This document shows positions 47,247 to 56,842 of a stretch of 64,000 nucleotides of DNA, piece by piece. Origin of the DNA: Candidatus Omnitrophota bacterium (lineage in GTDB: Bacteria > Omnitrophota > Gorgyraeia > B26-G9); contig JAHITE010000081.1 of assembly GCA_018817585.1 (NCBI GenBank), forward strand, positions 68,549 to 132,548, given 5' to 3'. Each line of letters starts with the position of its first letter. Positions within the stretch are counted from its first letter, which is position 1. The notes under the pieces were generated by a model that did no database searches, was not told the origin of the DNA, and saw nothing but the letters and a program-made list of their open reading frames with translations. The position numbers and the translations under genes were made by a program.

Positions 47247-47555
47247 TCAAATAATTAGTTCCAGCATTTTTTCCAATGCCTGCTGCCCGGTTTCGCCCAG
47301 GCTGATCCCTAATTGCTCAGCTTGTTTGGTAAGTTTAACCACTGGCTTTGCTAAAAGCTGCTCAACAGTGGAAACCCCGCTGACAATACAAGCCGCGTCT
47401 CCCAGCTTTTCCGCGACATCAATATTAAGATAACCGCACATCACAAAACCCTGAGCCGCGGAAACAATTATCAGATTAGCTTTTGCTGTGGGAATTAATA
47501 CCGTATTAACCAAAGAATTTTTAATCAGAATTTGTTTATAAATCGGAGTTTTCAT
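47247..47555 (-). CDS. small conserved protein, DUF1805/YunC-like (tentative)
   Basis: 102 aa. FVMCGYLNIDVAEKLGDAACIVSGVSTVEQLL pattern. Confidence 0.3.
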   Translation of the reverse strand: MKTPIYKQILIKNSLVNTVLIPTAKANLIIVSAAQGFVMCGYLNIDVAEKLGDAACIVSGVSTVEQLLAKPVVKLTKQAEQLGISLGETGQQALEKMLELII

Positions 47556-47572
47556 ATCTGCCTTGGTTTAGA

Positions 47573-50029
47573 TTATTTGCTCAAGCTTTTAGCCACGCGC
47601 ACTGCTTCTACGCCGTCACCGGCATAAGCCGCGCCCAAAGAATCCGCGTATGCCCGGGTAATCACTGCTCCGCCTAAAATAAACCTACAGTCAAGCCCCT
47701 GTTCTTTAGCCAGATCAATCACTTGTTTCATATTCACCATTGTTGTGGTCATCAAGGCTGATAAACCGACAATTGGATTTTTATGCTTTTTAATTTGCTC
47801 AATGATTTTTTCTGAACTTACATCTTTGCCCAAATCAATCACCGAAAATCCATGATTTTTCAACAGCAAAGCAACAATATTTTTACCAATATCATGAATA
47901 TCGCCTTTTACAGTTGCTAAAATTATTATATTTTTTTTCGCGGTTTCCGCTTGGCCTTTTTTGAGCAAAGGTTCTAAATACTCAAAACCGGTTTTCATGG
48001 TTTGGGCACTGGCAATCAGCTGCGGCAAAAAGAATTGTTTTTTATCAAATAAATCACCAACCTGATTTATCGCCGGAATCATTATCTTCCGCACCAGATC
48101 CTCAGGCTTTATCCCCGCGGCAACCGCGGCTTTAGCCAAATCCTTTATTTCTTCTTTATTACCTTCAAGTATCGCGTTCGCCACTTTTTTTTCAGGCGAT
48201 AAACTTTCGCTTGTTTTTAGTTTTGGGGGTAAGCCTTTTAGCTTTAGCTCAATGTCCTGGCAGTATTTAATATATTTAGCCGCGTGCTTATCTTTAGCCA
48301 GCAAAACATTTTCCGCTTGCTTATTGTATTTCTCCGTTTCATGCAAAGGATTGCTAATAACCATAGACATGCCTTTTTTTCTTAATATCGCCATGAATGT
48401 GGAATTGATTCGCAAACGTCTGGGCATGCCAAAAGAAATATTCGATAATCCGCAAATTGAATTGGCTTTAAATACTTTGGCTGCCCATTCAATGGTTTTC
48501 ATGGTTTCAATGCCGGCACCAGGATGCGAAGATATGGTCATACACAAACCGTCGATTACCACATCTTCTTTGGTAAAACCATACTTTTGCGCTTGTTTAA
48601 ATATCTCCAGAGCTATTTGTTTACGCCGCGTAAATTTTTCAGGAACTTCTCGATCATTTAAAGGCAAAAGAATAAACATTGCTCCGTATTTTGCGGCAAT
48701 CGGCAGTAATTTATCTAATTTATGCTGTTCCGCGGAAATTGAATTTATCAAAGCCCGGCCGGGATAAAGCCGCAAAGCGTTTTCAATTACTTCCACTGTT
48801 GATGAATCAATAACCAAAGGCAGTTCAGAATTAACACTCAGCAGATTAATCATCTGGGATAATGTCTTTTTCTCATCAATTCCCACAACTCCGGCATTAA
48901 CATCCAGCATTTTTGCTGCCTGCGCTTGCTGCTGTTTAGCCAGACCGCGGACTAAACTCATTTTGCCAGCGCGTAATTCCTCCTGCAGGCTCTTTTTCCC
49001 AGTGGGATTAATGCATTCACCGACAATTGAAAATGATTTGCCCAGATCAAGCAGCAAATGACTGCGCGCGGAACTAACCGCGCTGATTGATTTACGGCTA
49101 CAAGCAGTAGGCTTTATTTTATTTTTTATTATTCTGGTTTTAAGCGCCTGAATATGCTCCGGAGTTGTCCCGCAGCAGCCGCCAAGAAAACTCACGCCAT
49201 TTGCGCTAAATTTCGCGGCAAAGCCGGCAAATTCTTTTGCCTGCATGCTGAACACAGTTTGCCCATCAATTAATTGCGGCATCCCGGCATTTGGTTTTGC
49301 CACCAAAGGCACTTTAGCATATGGTTTCATTGCTTTGATTATTTCCAGCATTTGTTTGGGACCGCAGGAACAATTACTACCCACGGCATCAGCGCCTAAA
49401 CTCTGTAAAGTAATCAAAGCACTAACCGGATCAGTGCCGTTTAAAGTTCTGGCATCATTTTCATAAGTCATAGTCACGATTGTGAATTTATCACTTAACT
49501 CACGCGCCGCGAGCAAAGCCGCTCTGGCTTCCTGAATATCCATCATTGTTTCAATAACAAATAAATCTACTCCTCCGGCGAGCAAGCCTTTGATTTGCTG
49601 TTTAAAGATATTCACTGCTTCCTCAAATTCCAAAGGCCCGAACGGAGCGACAAATTTCCCGGTTGGCCCGATATCTCCGGCAACCAGAACATTTTCCGGA
49701 ACAGCTTTACGCGCCAAATCAGCCAGAGTTTTATTTACTTTATAAACATCAGGTTCGCCATACTGCTCAAGCTTGATCTGATTTGCGCCAAAGGTGCAGG
49801 TATAAACAATATCCGCCCCGCTAGCCGCGTAATTTTTATGCACTGCTTGAATAAATTGCGGATTTTCCATTGCCCAGATCTCGGGACATACGCCCTGGGG
49901 CATGCCCAGCTTTTGCAATTGCGTGCCGGTTGCCCCGTCTAAGATCAACAGTTTTCGCTTAATCAGTTTTTTAATATCCCGATCATTAGTTTTTTTACTT
50001 TTATTTAATATTTTCATTTTATTATTCAT
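47573..50029 (-). CDS. metH: cobalamin-dependent methionine synthase, core (Hcy-binding, pterin-binding, B12-cap, B12-binding), lacking activation domain
   Basis: 818 aa. S-methyltransferase TIM barrel (GGCCGTTPEHI), pterin-binding domain and a C-terminal B12-binding domain with the GDIHDIGKNIV (D-x-H-x-x-G) motif. It ends where the activation domain would begin. Confidence 0.85.
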   Translation of the reverse strand: MNNKMKILNKSKKTNDRDIKKLIKRKLLILDGATGTQLQKLGMPQGVCPEIWAMENPQFIQAVHKNYAASGADIVYTCTFGANQIKLEQYGEPDVYKVNKTLADLARKAVPENVLVAGDIGPTGKFVAPFGPLEFEEAVNIFKQQIKGLLAGGVDLFVIETMMDIQEARAALLAARELSDKFTIVTMTYENDARTLNGTDPVSALITLQSLGADAVGSNCSCGPKQMLEIIKAMKPYAKVPLVAKPNAGMPQLIDGQTVFSMQAKEFAGFAAKFSANGVSFLGGCCGTTPEHIQALKTRIIKNKIKPTACSRKSISAVSSARSHLLLDLGKSFSIVGECINPTGKKSLQEELRAGKMSLVRGLAKQQQAQAAKMLDVNAGVVGIDEKKTLSQMINLLSVNSELPLVIDSSTVEVIENALRLYPGRALINSISAEQHKLDKLLPIAAKYGAMFILLPLNDREVPEKFTRRKQIALEIFKQAQKYGFTKEDVVIDGLCMTISSHPGAGIETMKTIEWAAKVFKANSICGLSNISFGMPRRLRINSTFMAILRKKGMSMVISNPLHETEKYNKQAENVLLAKDKHAAKYIKYCQDIELKLKGLPPKLKTSESLSPEKKVANAILEGNKEEIKDLAKAAVAAGIKPEDLVRKIMIPAINQVGDLFDKKQFFLPQLIASAQTMKTGFEYLEPLLKKGQAETAKKNIIILATVKGDIHDIGKNIVALLLKNHGFSVIDLGKDVSSEKIIEQIKKHKNPIVGLSALMTTTMVNMKQVIDLAKEQGLDCRFILGGAVITRAYADSLGAAYAGDGVEAVRVAKSLSK

Positions 50030-50038
50030 AATCTTTCT

Positions 50039-50668
50039 TTAAGCAATAATCTGCCCAATACCGGCAATAGCAGTAACTGATTTTTCCGGCACAAGCAGAA
50101 AACTATCCGTAATTTCCACTCCCAACTGCTTCATGTTTAAAACATCAAAAATCAGTTTTTGGTTTTCTATACCAAAATCACCGTAGCCCGCGGAAAAGCG
50201 GCGTTTGGTCAAAGTTTTATTTTGCCTGCGCATTGTATTATTATAATAATTAACCAGCCAATCCAAAGCAGCGTCAGTCATTTCACTGGCCACAGCATCA
50301 AATACCACCGCCTGAGTCATATCCCCGTGATTTTCGGAGTTTTTGCTGATCGCCTGAGTGATTGCTTGTCCGCTGGTTGCCCCCATGAATAATGCCTGAC
50401 TAGAATTTAGCAATAATTTAGCCAATGAATTGCTCTTAACCATAAGCTCATTCGAAAAGCTGATTTTTGACTGATTAATTTGTTTAATATCTAAAACCAT
50501 GGCCAGGCCTTTTAACTCAATCAAGGCTTCAGCCTGAGCAATATAATCATTAATTTGTTTTTGCTGTTTATCCGATAGCCAGGTTTTATTATTCACATAA
50601 CCCAAGCGGCTGTATATCTGCCGCACAGGCAGTTCAACAATAATTGGTTCAAATTTTTCAGCTAACAT
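50039..50668 (-). CDS. standalone methionine synthase reactivation (AdoMet-binding activation) domain protein
   Basis: 209 aa. RRFSAGYGDF resembles the MetH activation-domain AdoMet-binding R-x-x-x-G-Y motif. Immediately upstream of metH. Confidence 0.55.
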   Translation of the reverse strand: MLAEKFEPIIVELPVRQIYSRLGYVNNKTWLSDKQQKQINDYIAQAEALIELKGLAMVLDIKQINQSKISFSNELMVKSNSLAKLLLNSSQALFMGATSGQAITQAISKNSENHGDMTQAVVFDAVASEMTDAALDWLVNYYNNTMRRQNKTLTKRRFSAGYGDFGIENQKLIFDVLNMKQLGVEITDSFLLVPEKSVTAIAGIGQIIA

Positions 50669-50711
50669 TACAACCTTATGATTAATCTTATATTTATATC
50701 AGGAAAAAGTT

Positions 50712-52016
50712 TTAAGCCGCGATTGGTTTAGCAATCAGCTGTTTTAACAGCTCTGAATTAAAATCCTGATCAATTAAATCATCTTTAACCTGACTGATAT
50801 CAGTTTGCTGCTCAATCAGCTGGCTAAAAATATCACGCTCTTGCGTATTCCCCACAGCAACAAAGCCGACAATTTTTAAACCGCATAAAATAATTTTTTT
50901 ATAAACATTTGTTTCTTCGTCAACAAACGACAATTCCTCAAATGCCGGATCATCTGGTTTTCGGGTAATCCCTAAACACACCGCGGCTAAATCAAATATC
51001 TGACTTTCCGCGACATTAATCCTCTGCGGCTCATAAACTGCTTTCAATTCATCTTTTTTCTCAAGAAAAGCCACAGCATTAGCTGCCGCGATCTTACCCT
51101 GAGCTTCGGCCTTAAACCAGGAATTAGCTTGATCAATTAACCCCAGGGTTTTATCTGATACTTCCAAAACATCGCCGGCAGCAAAAATATTAGGAATTTT
51201 AGTCTGCAAAAAAACATCCACAGCCAGCCCTTGTTTTATTGCCTCGGGATCAAAACCCGATTCATCGAGAAACTTGGTATTTGGCAGAAAATTTGTATTC
51301 ACAATTAAAATATCACAGGCAATTACTTTACCATTATCCAGTTTAATTGCCTTTACATCACTGTCGCCAAAAATATCCACAATATTTTTTTCCGCGATTA
51401 ATTCTATTTCCTGTTGCGCTAATCGGTTTTTCAAAAATTCCTCGCCGTTTTCATCCAGGATCTCCGGCATAAGCTTATCGCCTGAAATAATGACTTTAAC
51501 TTCCATTCTTTTCTTTTTTAAAGCCGCTGCTGCCTGTAAACCTGCAAGTCCTCCGCCCCAAATACATACTGTATGCGAAATCGGCATCAGCTGAATAATA
51601 TCATTTAAATCACTGATACTGCGAAAACCAATAACTCCGTGTTTGGCCGCGCCTTTTACGCATTTAGGCACCGACATACTCATGCCGCTGGCAACAATCA
51701 AAGCATCATAAACCAAACGGGTTTTATCAATAAACGTCACCCAGTTTTTATTCGTGTTTATTTTTTCTACTTTTTTGCCGGATATAAACTGAATATTTTT
51801 TTGTTCATAAAACTTCTCATCCGCAAATACAATATCCCTGAATTTCAGATTATTTTCCAAAACTCCGGCCAGCAGATTCCGGGAATAAGCTCCGGCTTTT
51901 TCATCACTGATCACGCTGATTTTTAATGATGAATCAAGTTCCCGGGCGGTTATCGCGGCCTTATGTCCGGCTGCTGAATTTCCAATAATAATCAAATGTT
52001 TCATTTTATTCTCCAT
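50712..52016 (-). CDS. FAD-dependent pyridine nucleotide-disulfide-family oxidoreductase (rubredoxin reductase / NirB N-terminal-like; no redox Cys)
   Basis: 434 aa. Two Rossmann dinucleotide motifs (IIIGNSAAG, CIWGGGLAGLQAA). Lacks the CoADR/Nox active-site Cys. Confidence 0.6.
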   Translation of the reverse strand: MENKMKHLIIIGNSAAGHKAAITARELDSSLKISVISDEKAGAYSRNLLAGVLENNLKFRDIVFADEKFYEQKNIQFISGKKVEKINTNKNWVTFIDKTRLVYDALIVASGMSMSVPKCVKGAAKHGVIGFRSISDLNDIIQLMPISHTVCIWGGGLAGLQAAAALKKKRMEVKVIISGDKLMPEILDENGEEFLKNRLAQQEIELIAEKNIVDIFGDSDVKAIKLDNGKVIACDILIVNTNFLPNTKFLDESGFDPEAIKQGLAVDVFLQTKIPNIFAAGDVLEVSDKTLGLIDQANSWFKAEAQGKIAAANAVAFLEKKDELKAVYEPQRINVAESQIFDLAAVCLGITRKPDDPAFEELSFVDEETNVYKKIILCGLKIVGFVAVGNTQERDIFSQLIEQQTDISQVKDDLIDQDFNSELLKQLIAKPIAA

Positions 52017-52875
52017 CTAAATTTAATTGCGCTTTAGCTGCCTGGGTCACATTCTGCATCAGCAAAGCTACGGTCACTGGCCCCACACCGCCAGGAACCG
52101 GAGTGATAAAACTGGCTTTTTTCTCAGCCGGCTCAAATTCCACATCTCCGACAATTTTCTGTTCAATACAATTTATTCCCACATCAATCACAATTGCCCC
52201 GGGTTTTATCCAATCACCTTTGATTAAATTCGGTTTACCCACAGCCACAATCAGGATTTCCGCGCGTTTAACATGCTCGGCTAAAACGCCCCGTTTACCT
52301 GTAGCAATGTGACAGACCGTGGTAGTAACCAGTTCATTTAACAGCATCACGGCCAATGGCTTACCCACTATCTCACTGTGTCCGACAACAACTGCTTCTT
52401 TACCGTATAAATCAATGTTCAGGCTTTTTAATAATTCCATAACCGCGCAGGCAGTGCACGGGGCAAAGCCTTTGCGCTTTAAAATAATATTGCCTAAATT
52501 CTCCGGATGCACACCTTCCACATCTTTAGCGGGATTTAAACTGCCTCTGATTTCATTGGGATCAAGCTGCGCAGGTAATGGCAGCTGGAGAATAATTCCG
52601 TTTATTTTCGGATCATCATTCAGCTGCTTAATTAAAGCAATTAATTCCTGCTTCGTAGTTTGTTTGGGTAAACTTTTAACCAGATAACCAATATTCAATC
52701 TTTGGGCAACTTTACCCTGAAAATCCAGATAAAGTGTTGATTCTTTATCATCACCGACTTGAATCGCGCAAAGCACTGGCTGAACATTATATCTCTCACG
52801 CAGTTGAGCCACTTCCCGGCTTACCTGCTGATTAATCTGTTCAGCAATTGTTTTCCCTAGTAATAAATTTGCCAT
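52006..52875 (-). CDS. folD: bifunctional methylene-THF dehydrogenase / methenyl-THF cyclohydrolase
   Basis: 289 aa. FolD motifs (GYLVKSLP, VGHSEIVGKPLA, PGGVGPVT). Overlaps the upstream gene by 11 bp. Confidence 0.85.
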   Translation of the reverse strand: MANLLLGKTIAEQINQQVSREVAQLRERYNVQPVLCAIQVGDDKESTLYLDFQGKVAQRLNIGYLVKSLPKQTTKQELIALIKQLNDDPKINGIILQLPLPAQLDPNEIRGSLNPAKDVEGVHPENLGNIILKRKGFAPCTACAVMELLKSLNIDLYGKEAVVVGHSEIVGKPLAVMLLNELVTTTVCHIATGKRGVLAEHVKRAEILIVAVGKPNLIKGDWIKPGAIVIDVGINCIEQKIVGDVEFEPAEKKASFITPVPGGVGPVTVALLMQNVTQAAKAQLNLDGE

Positions 52876-52881
52876 AATATT

Positions 52882-53481
52882 TTACAAACACCCTTCAACT
52901 TTTTTCACAATTTGTTTTTCGATTCTTAAAATATTATTCAGCATTTTTTTCATATCCGCTTTTTTCTTAGCCGCAAACTTTTTGTCTTTAATATACTTTA
53001 GATTTATTTTCACATTAAGTTCCGCGGATTTATACGCGGCAACTAACAGATAAATCGCGCCGCCGGTATCAGAAATCAAGTGCGTATTTCCAATTTTCGC
53101 GATTATCTGGGCTAATTTAACTGCCTTAAAACAAAGCTGGCAAATCTCAAACGGCACTTCTGCCGCGTCTTTAAAGCATTTCTGAGTAATATCAAATCTT
53201 TTCCCAGCTTCTTTAGGCAATTTTAAAGCATCCTGCAGCTTTAAAAACACAACCACATCCCGGTCAATCAAAACCTGAATCTTATTTTTAAGCTGTTCAT
53301 TTTTAGTCAGCAGCTGCTGGAGCTGTGCTTGGAGTTTTTCATCATGGGTAAAGTTAGCAACCATTGATACTAAGGCCATGCCCAATATCCCGGTTAAGGC
53401 TGAAGCACTGCCGCCGCCTGGAACAGAGTTTTTTGAAGCTAAATCATCAATATAGTTTTTAAGATCTTTTTTTATATACAT
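52882..53481 (-). CDS. formiminotransferase-cyclodeaminase C-domain-like protein (methenyl-THF cyclohydrolase FchA-like)
   Basis: 199 aa. VPGGGSASALTGILGMALVSMVANF signature of the FTCD_C family. Confidence 0.65.
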   Translation of the reverse strand: MYIKKDLKNYIDDLASKNSVPGGGSASALTGILGMALVSMVANFTHDEKLQAQLQQLLTKNEQLKNKIQVLIDRDVVVFLKLQDALKLPKEAGKRFDITQKCFKDAAEVPFEICQLCFKAVKLAQIIAKIGNTHLISDTGGAIYLLVAAYKSAELNVKINLKYIKDKKFAAKKKADMKKMLNNILRIEKQIVKKVEGCL

Positions 53482-53574
53482 GGTTACCTTTCATTAGGTT
53501 AGGTATTTATTTTACCTGTTTTACCCTCTACAGTCAAGGCAGGAAAAAAAGCAGTTAAACAAGCGCCTTTAAGC

Positions 53575-55608
53575 CTAATTATTCAAGCCTTGGGCTGATA
53601 CTAGTGATTGATTTAATATTCCAGGCAAAATAATTTCCGCGACTTTATCTGCCACAATCTTATAGCCTTTTGGCGTACAATGGCCGTCAGCCAAAAAATA
53701 ATCTTTATAATTATCAGGAGTGATTATGGAGAAAAAACTTTCTCTAAAATCAATAAACGGAATACTCTCTGCTTCCACTGTTTTCGCGACTCTTGGATAA
53801 AACGAAAGCGGATAACTTAGAAATAGTATCTTTAATTTCCTTTGTTTCGCTGAAGCACACATTTGTTTTATCCGCTGGCTAACAATACTGCTGATTTTTG
53901 CTAATCTTTGGGCAACAAAAGCTTCATAATTAGCAGGATTTTTTCCAAAAAGAGCGGCATAGTCTTTATCTTGCGATAAGATATCTTCAACCTGCTGATC
54001 ATATCTTTTTTCCCGAACATAGATACCCAAGGCAATTTCCGGGGCTTCAACCACATTATTACCAGGATCATCAGCCAGAATTTCACCCTTATCTCTATCT
54101 AAAGCAGTATTTATTTGCGCAAATAAACCTGCATTGTTATTTGGAAAAACATAATCTTTTGTCAATCCCATGTCAATAAACTCATTAGCCATTATTATTC
54201 CGTCAACTGCCTGCTGATTATTTGGATTTAATTCTAAAACTTTTTCAAAACTTGCTATAACTTGTTTATAATCTTGAACTATTTTATATTGCCGGGCTAA
54301 ACGCAAGTAAATATCAATATTATTTGGGTATTTGACAGATAAAGCTTGATAAAACTCTATAGCATTTTCCGGAAAAGGCCAGGCAATAAATAATTCATCC
54401 AGCTCTTCCCATACTTCAGCGCTAAATCCATACAAATAAATAGTTTTAGTCAGCAGTAATAAATTATCTTCAAAAAGAGATATTGTTCTGCAAATTTTTG
54501 AAAGATCAATCATTTCCAGCATGAATTTATTATCATGCTCTAGTTGCTCTTTATTCAGATAAACTGAACGAATATACTCACTGATATTTGCTTTGCTCTT
54601 TTCCAATGGGTCTTTTTTAGATTCAAGATTTTCTCTTTTTGCTAATTTTTTATTATAAACCATTAATTCTTGGGTAATACGCTGACCATTAGGCTGGATT
54701 TTTAAAGCGCTATCATAATATAGTTTTGCCTCTTCAAATCTATTATTATCACGACTCTCATTGCCCATTTTTATTAAGTCATAATAATAAGCTTTATCAA
54801 AGCCTCCCAACTGATCAACTTCTTTCAATATTTTGTTGATATTATACTTTTTCAACTCATCTCTTAATACAGTTAAGGCCTTTTTATGATAGCGCAATAA
54901 TTCTTTAGAAATAAGCCCATCGTCAGGATTGATTTTTAAAGCGCAATCATAGTATAGTTTTGCTTCTTCAAACTTATACATATCCCGATATTGATTACCC
55001 ATCATCACCGCCTGATAATAATATGAATTGTTTAAACCTCCATTTTCCTCAATTAAGCTCAGCATTTTGCTGATATTATCTTTATTTGCTTTAATTTCCA
55101 GAAAACTCATTTCCGGGTTTTCTTTAAAAGCGGTTTTGACAATTTTAAACATCCGAGCTGTGCGCAGTGAACAAATAAATAAGTAAAGCTTATCCATGAT
55201 TGTTGTCGGCTCTGATATAAATCCGCTAAAATTCCATTCATCATTAGTCCCAATCAGAACCAAAACAATATTCGGCTGATAATTATCCATAAAAGCATCA
55301 AACCGGTTAGCCAGCATAGGCGTATTCATCCCTGGCCTGCCGGCATTGATCACTTCAACCTTATCCTTGCCCAGCTTTTCTTTAAGCAATGATTCTAATT
55401 GCGCGGGGTAAGCTTGATCTCTTTCCACGCCCAAGCCATAGGTATATGAATCACCTAAGCAAAGGATTTTAAGTTTGCCATTCTTCGAAAATGACTCTTG
55501 TTTAAGATTGCGCTGCGCGATCCAAGCCGCAAACCGCAATCCTGTTTCTAGGATCACAAGTGATAAAATTAAGCCGAAGATTATTAGTAGAGGTTTTTTA
55601 AGGGGCAT
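53575..55608 (-). CDS. SGNH/GDSL hydrolase split by a roughly 430-aa TPR-repeat insertion
   Basis: 677 aa. Block I ILCLGDSYTYG, block II NAGRPG, block III GTNDEW. Block V, DGHCT, appears only near the C-terminus. TPR-like repeats lie between them and contain an internal duplication. Confidence 0.6.
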   Translation of the reverse strand: MPLKKPLLIIFGLILSLVILETGLRFAAWIAQRNLKQESFSKNGKLKILCLGDSYTYGLGVERDQAYPAQLESLLKEKLGKDKVEVINAGRPGMNTPMLANRFDAFMDNYQPNIVLVLIGTNDEWNFSGFISEPTTIMDKLYLFICSLRTARMFKIVKTAFKENPEMSFLEIKANKDNISKMLSLIEENGGLNNSYYYQAVMMGNQYRDMYKFEEAKLYYDCALKINPDDGLISKELLRYHKKALTVLRDELKKYNINKILKEVDQLGGFDKAYYYDLIKMGNESRDNNRFEEAKLYYDSALKIQPNGQRITQELMVYNKKLAKRENLESKKDPLEKSKANISEYIRSVYLNKEQLEHDNKFMLEMIDLSKICRTISLFEDNLLLLTKTIYLYGFSAEVWEELDELFIAWPFPENAIEFYQALSVKYPNNIDIYLRLARQYKIVQDYKQVIASFEKVLELNPNNQQAVDGIIMANEFIDMGLTKDYVFPNNNAGLFAQINTALDRDKGEILADDPGNNVVEAPEIALGIYVREKRYDQQVEDILSQDKDYAALFGKNPANYEAFVAQRLAKISSIVSQRIKQMCASAKQRKLKILFLSYPLSFYPRVAKTVEAESIPFIDFRESFFSIITPDNYKDYFLADGHCTPKGYKIVADKVAEIILPGILNQSLVSAQGLNN

Positions 55609-55640
55609 CAGTTCTTAGAGAAACAGTTGTTTACTATTAG

Positions 55641-56150
55641 TTATCTAATTGATAAATCATTATACAATTTATCAAAAATTAAAAATGTTTTTTCAAATCC
55701 CTGATCAAGACTTGTTGCTGTCTGCAACACTGAGAAAACTTCCTGTTTAAGCTCAACTATTTTTGAGTTTGCTTCTTGCGACCAGTAATTAATTTCTATT
55801 TCATGAATAATCTTACCAATTGCTCTTACCCTTGGATCAGTAATTTTATATTTATTTACTACTGTCTCAAAGGCGCAAAATACAGCTGTTCTTCTAAACT
55901 CAGCATCCGGAGTATCAAAAGCAATGCCCTCGCTAATAATCTCACCTTTGGGATAGAATTTAAACTCCGCGCTTTTGTCCACAAAATTCTTAATCAGCCA
56001 GGCAGTAGCGCAGGTATCAACTTCTAATGTATCCCAGGTTGAATATACCTGAGCTTTAGCCTGGGCAAAAACACTTGTTGCCAAAAGCAATAAACATATA
56101 CAGCCAATAGTTATATTGCTAAGCAGTTTATTGATTTTAAAGTGAATCAT
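55641..56150 (-). CDS. secreted ChrB C-terminal-like (chromate-resistance exported protein family) protein
   Basis: 169 aa with a signal peptide. DTCATAWLIKNFVDKSAEFKFYP resembles the Chrome_Resist core (C..WLI.RF.D..A.F.F). Confidence 0.4.
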   Translation of the reverse strand: MIHFKINKLLSNITIGCICLLLLATSVFAQAKAQVYSTWDTLEVDTCATAWLIKNFVDKSAEFKFYPKGEIISEGIAFDTPDAEFRRTAVFCAFETVVNKYKITDPRVRAIGKIIHEIEINYWSQEANSKIVELKQEVFSVLQTATSLDQGFEKTFLIFDKLYNDLSIR

Positions 56151-56152
56151 TT

Positions 56153-56842
56153 TTATTTTACTCCCATAAATTTTTTCACAAACAGGTTATTGGGATTATT
56201 CCGAATTTCTATAAGGCTGCCTTTTTGTTCAATCTTACCTTGATGCAGTAAAATTACCTGCTGCGCGATTTGAGCGGCTTCCGCTTGATCATGCGTAACA
56301 TAAATCATGGTTATCCACATTTTTTTCTGCAAATCAAGAATCAATTTTATTAAATTATCTTTTAATAAAGGATCAATACTGCTCAGCGGTTCATCAAGCA
56401 AAAGTATTTTAGGATTAAAAATTAAACTTCTCGCCAAAGCCAGCCTTTGCTTTTCTCCTCCGGAAAGCTGCTGAGGGTAAGCCTTTGCTTTATCCTCCAA
56501 GCCAACAGCACTAAGCATCTCAGTTATTTTAGTTTTGTTTTGCTTATTTAAGCAAAAAGCCAGATTTTCCCAAACACTCATATGCGGCCATAAAGCCAGG
56601 TCCTGAAACACCATGCTTACTCCCCGTTTTGCCGGAACCACATTGTTCATGTTTTTCTTATCAAAAAATATCTGCCCCTGATCCAAGATTTCCAAACCAG
56701 CTATCAATCTAAGAACAGTTGTCTTGCCGCTGCCGGATGGGCCGAGAATAACTAATTTGTCAGCCTTTTTAACTGAAAAAGAAATATCCCGCAGAATTTT
56801 ATTTTTACCTAAAGATTTACTGATGTTCCTTAATTCAATCAT
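56153..56842 (-). CDS. ABC transporter ATP-binding protein (FbpC/ModC-like, no TOBE domain)
   Basis: 229 aa. Walker A GPSGSGKTT, LSGGEKQR signature, Walker B LLLDEP. Confidence 0.8.
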   Translation of the reverse strand: MIELRNISKSLGKNKILRDISFSVKKADKLVILGPSGSGKTTVLRLIAGLEILDQGQIFFDKKNMNNVVPAKRGVSMVFQDLALWPHMSVWENLAFCLNKQNKTKITEMLSAVGLEDKAKAYPQQLSGGEKQRLALARSLIFNPKILLLDEPLSSIDPLLKDNLIKLILDLQKKMWITMIYVTHDQAEAAQIAQQVILLHQGKIEQKGSLIEIRNNPNNLFVKKFMGVK

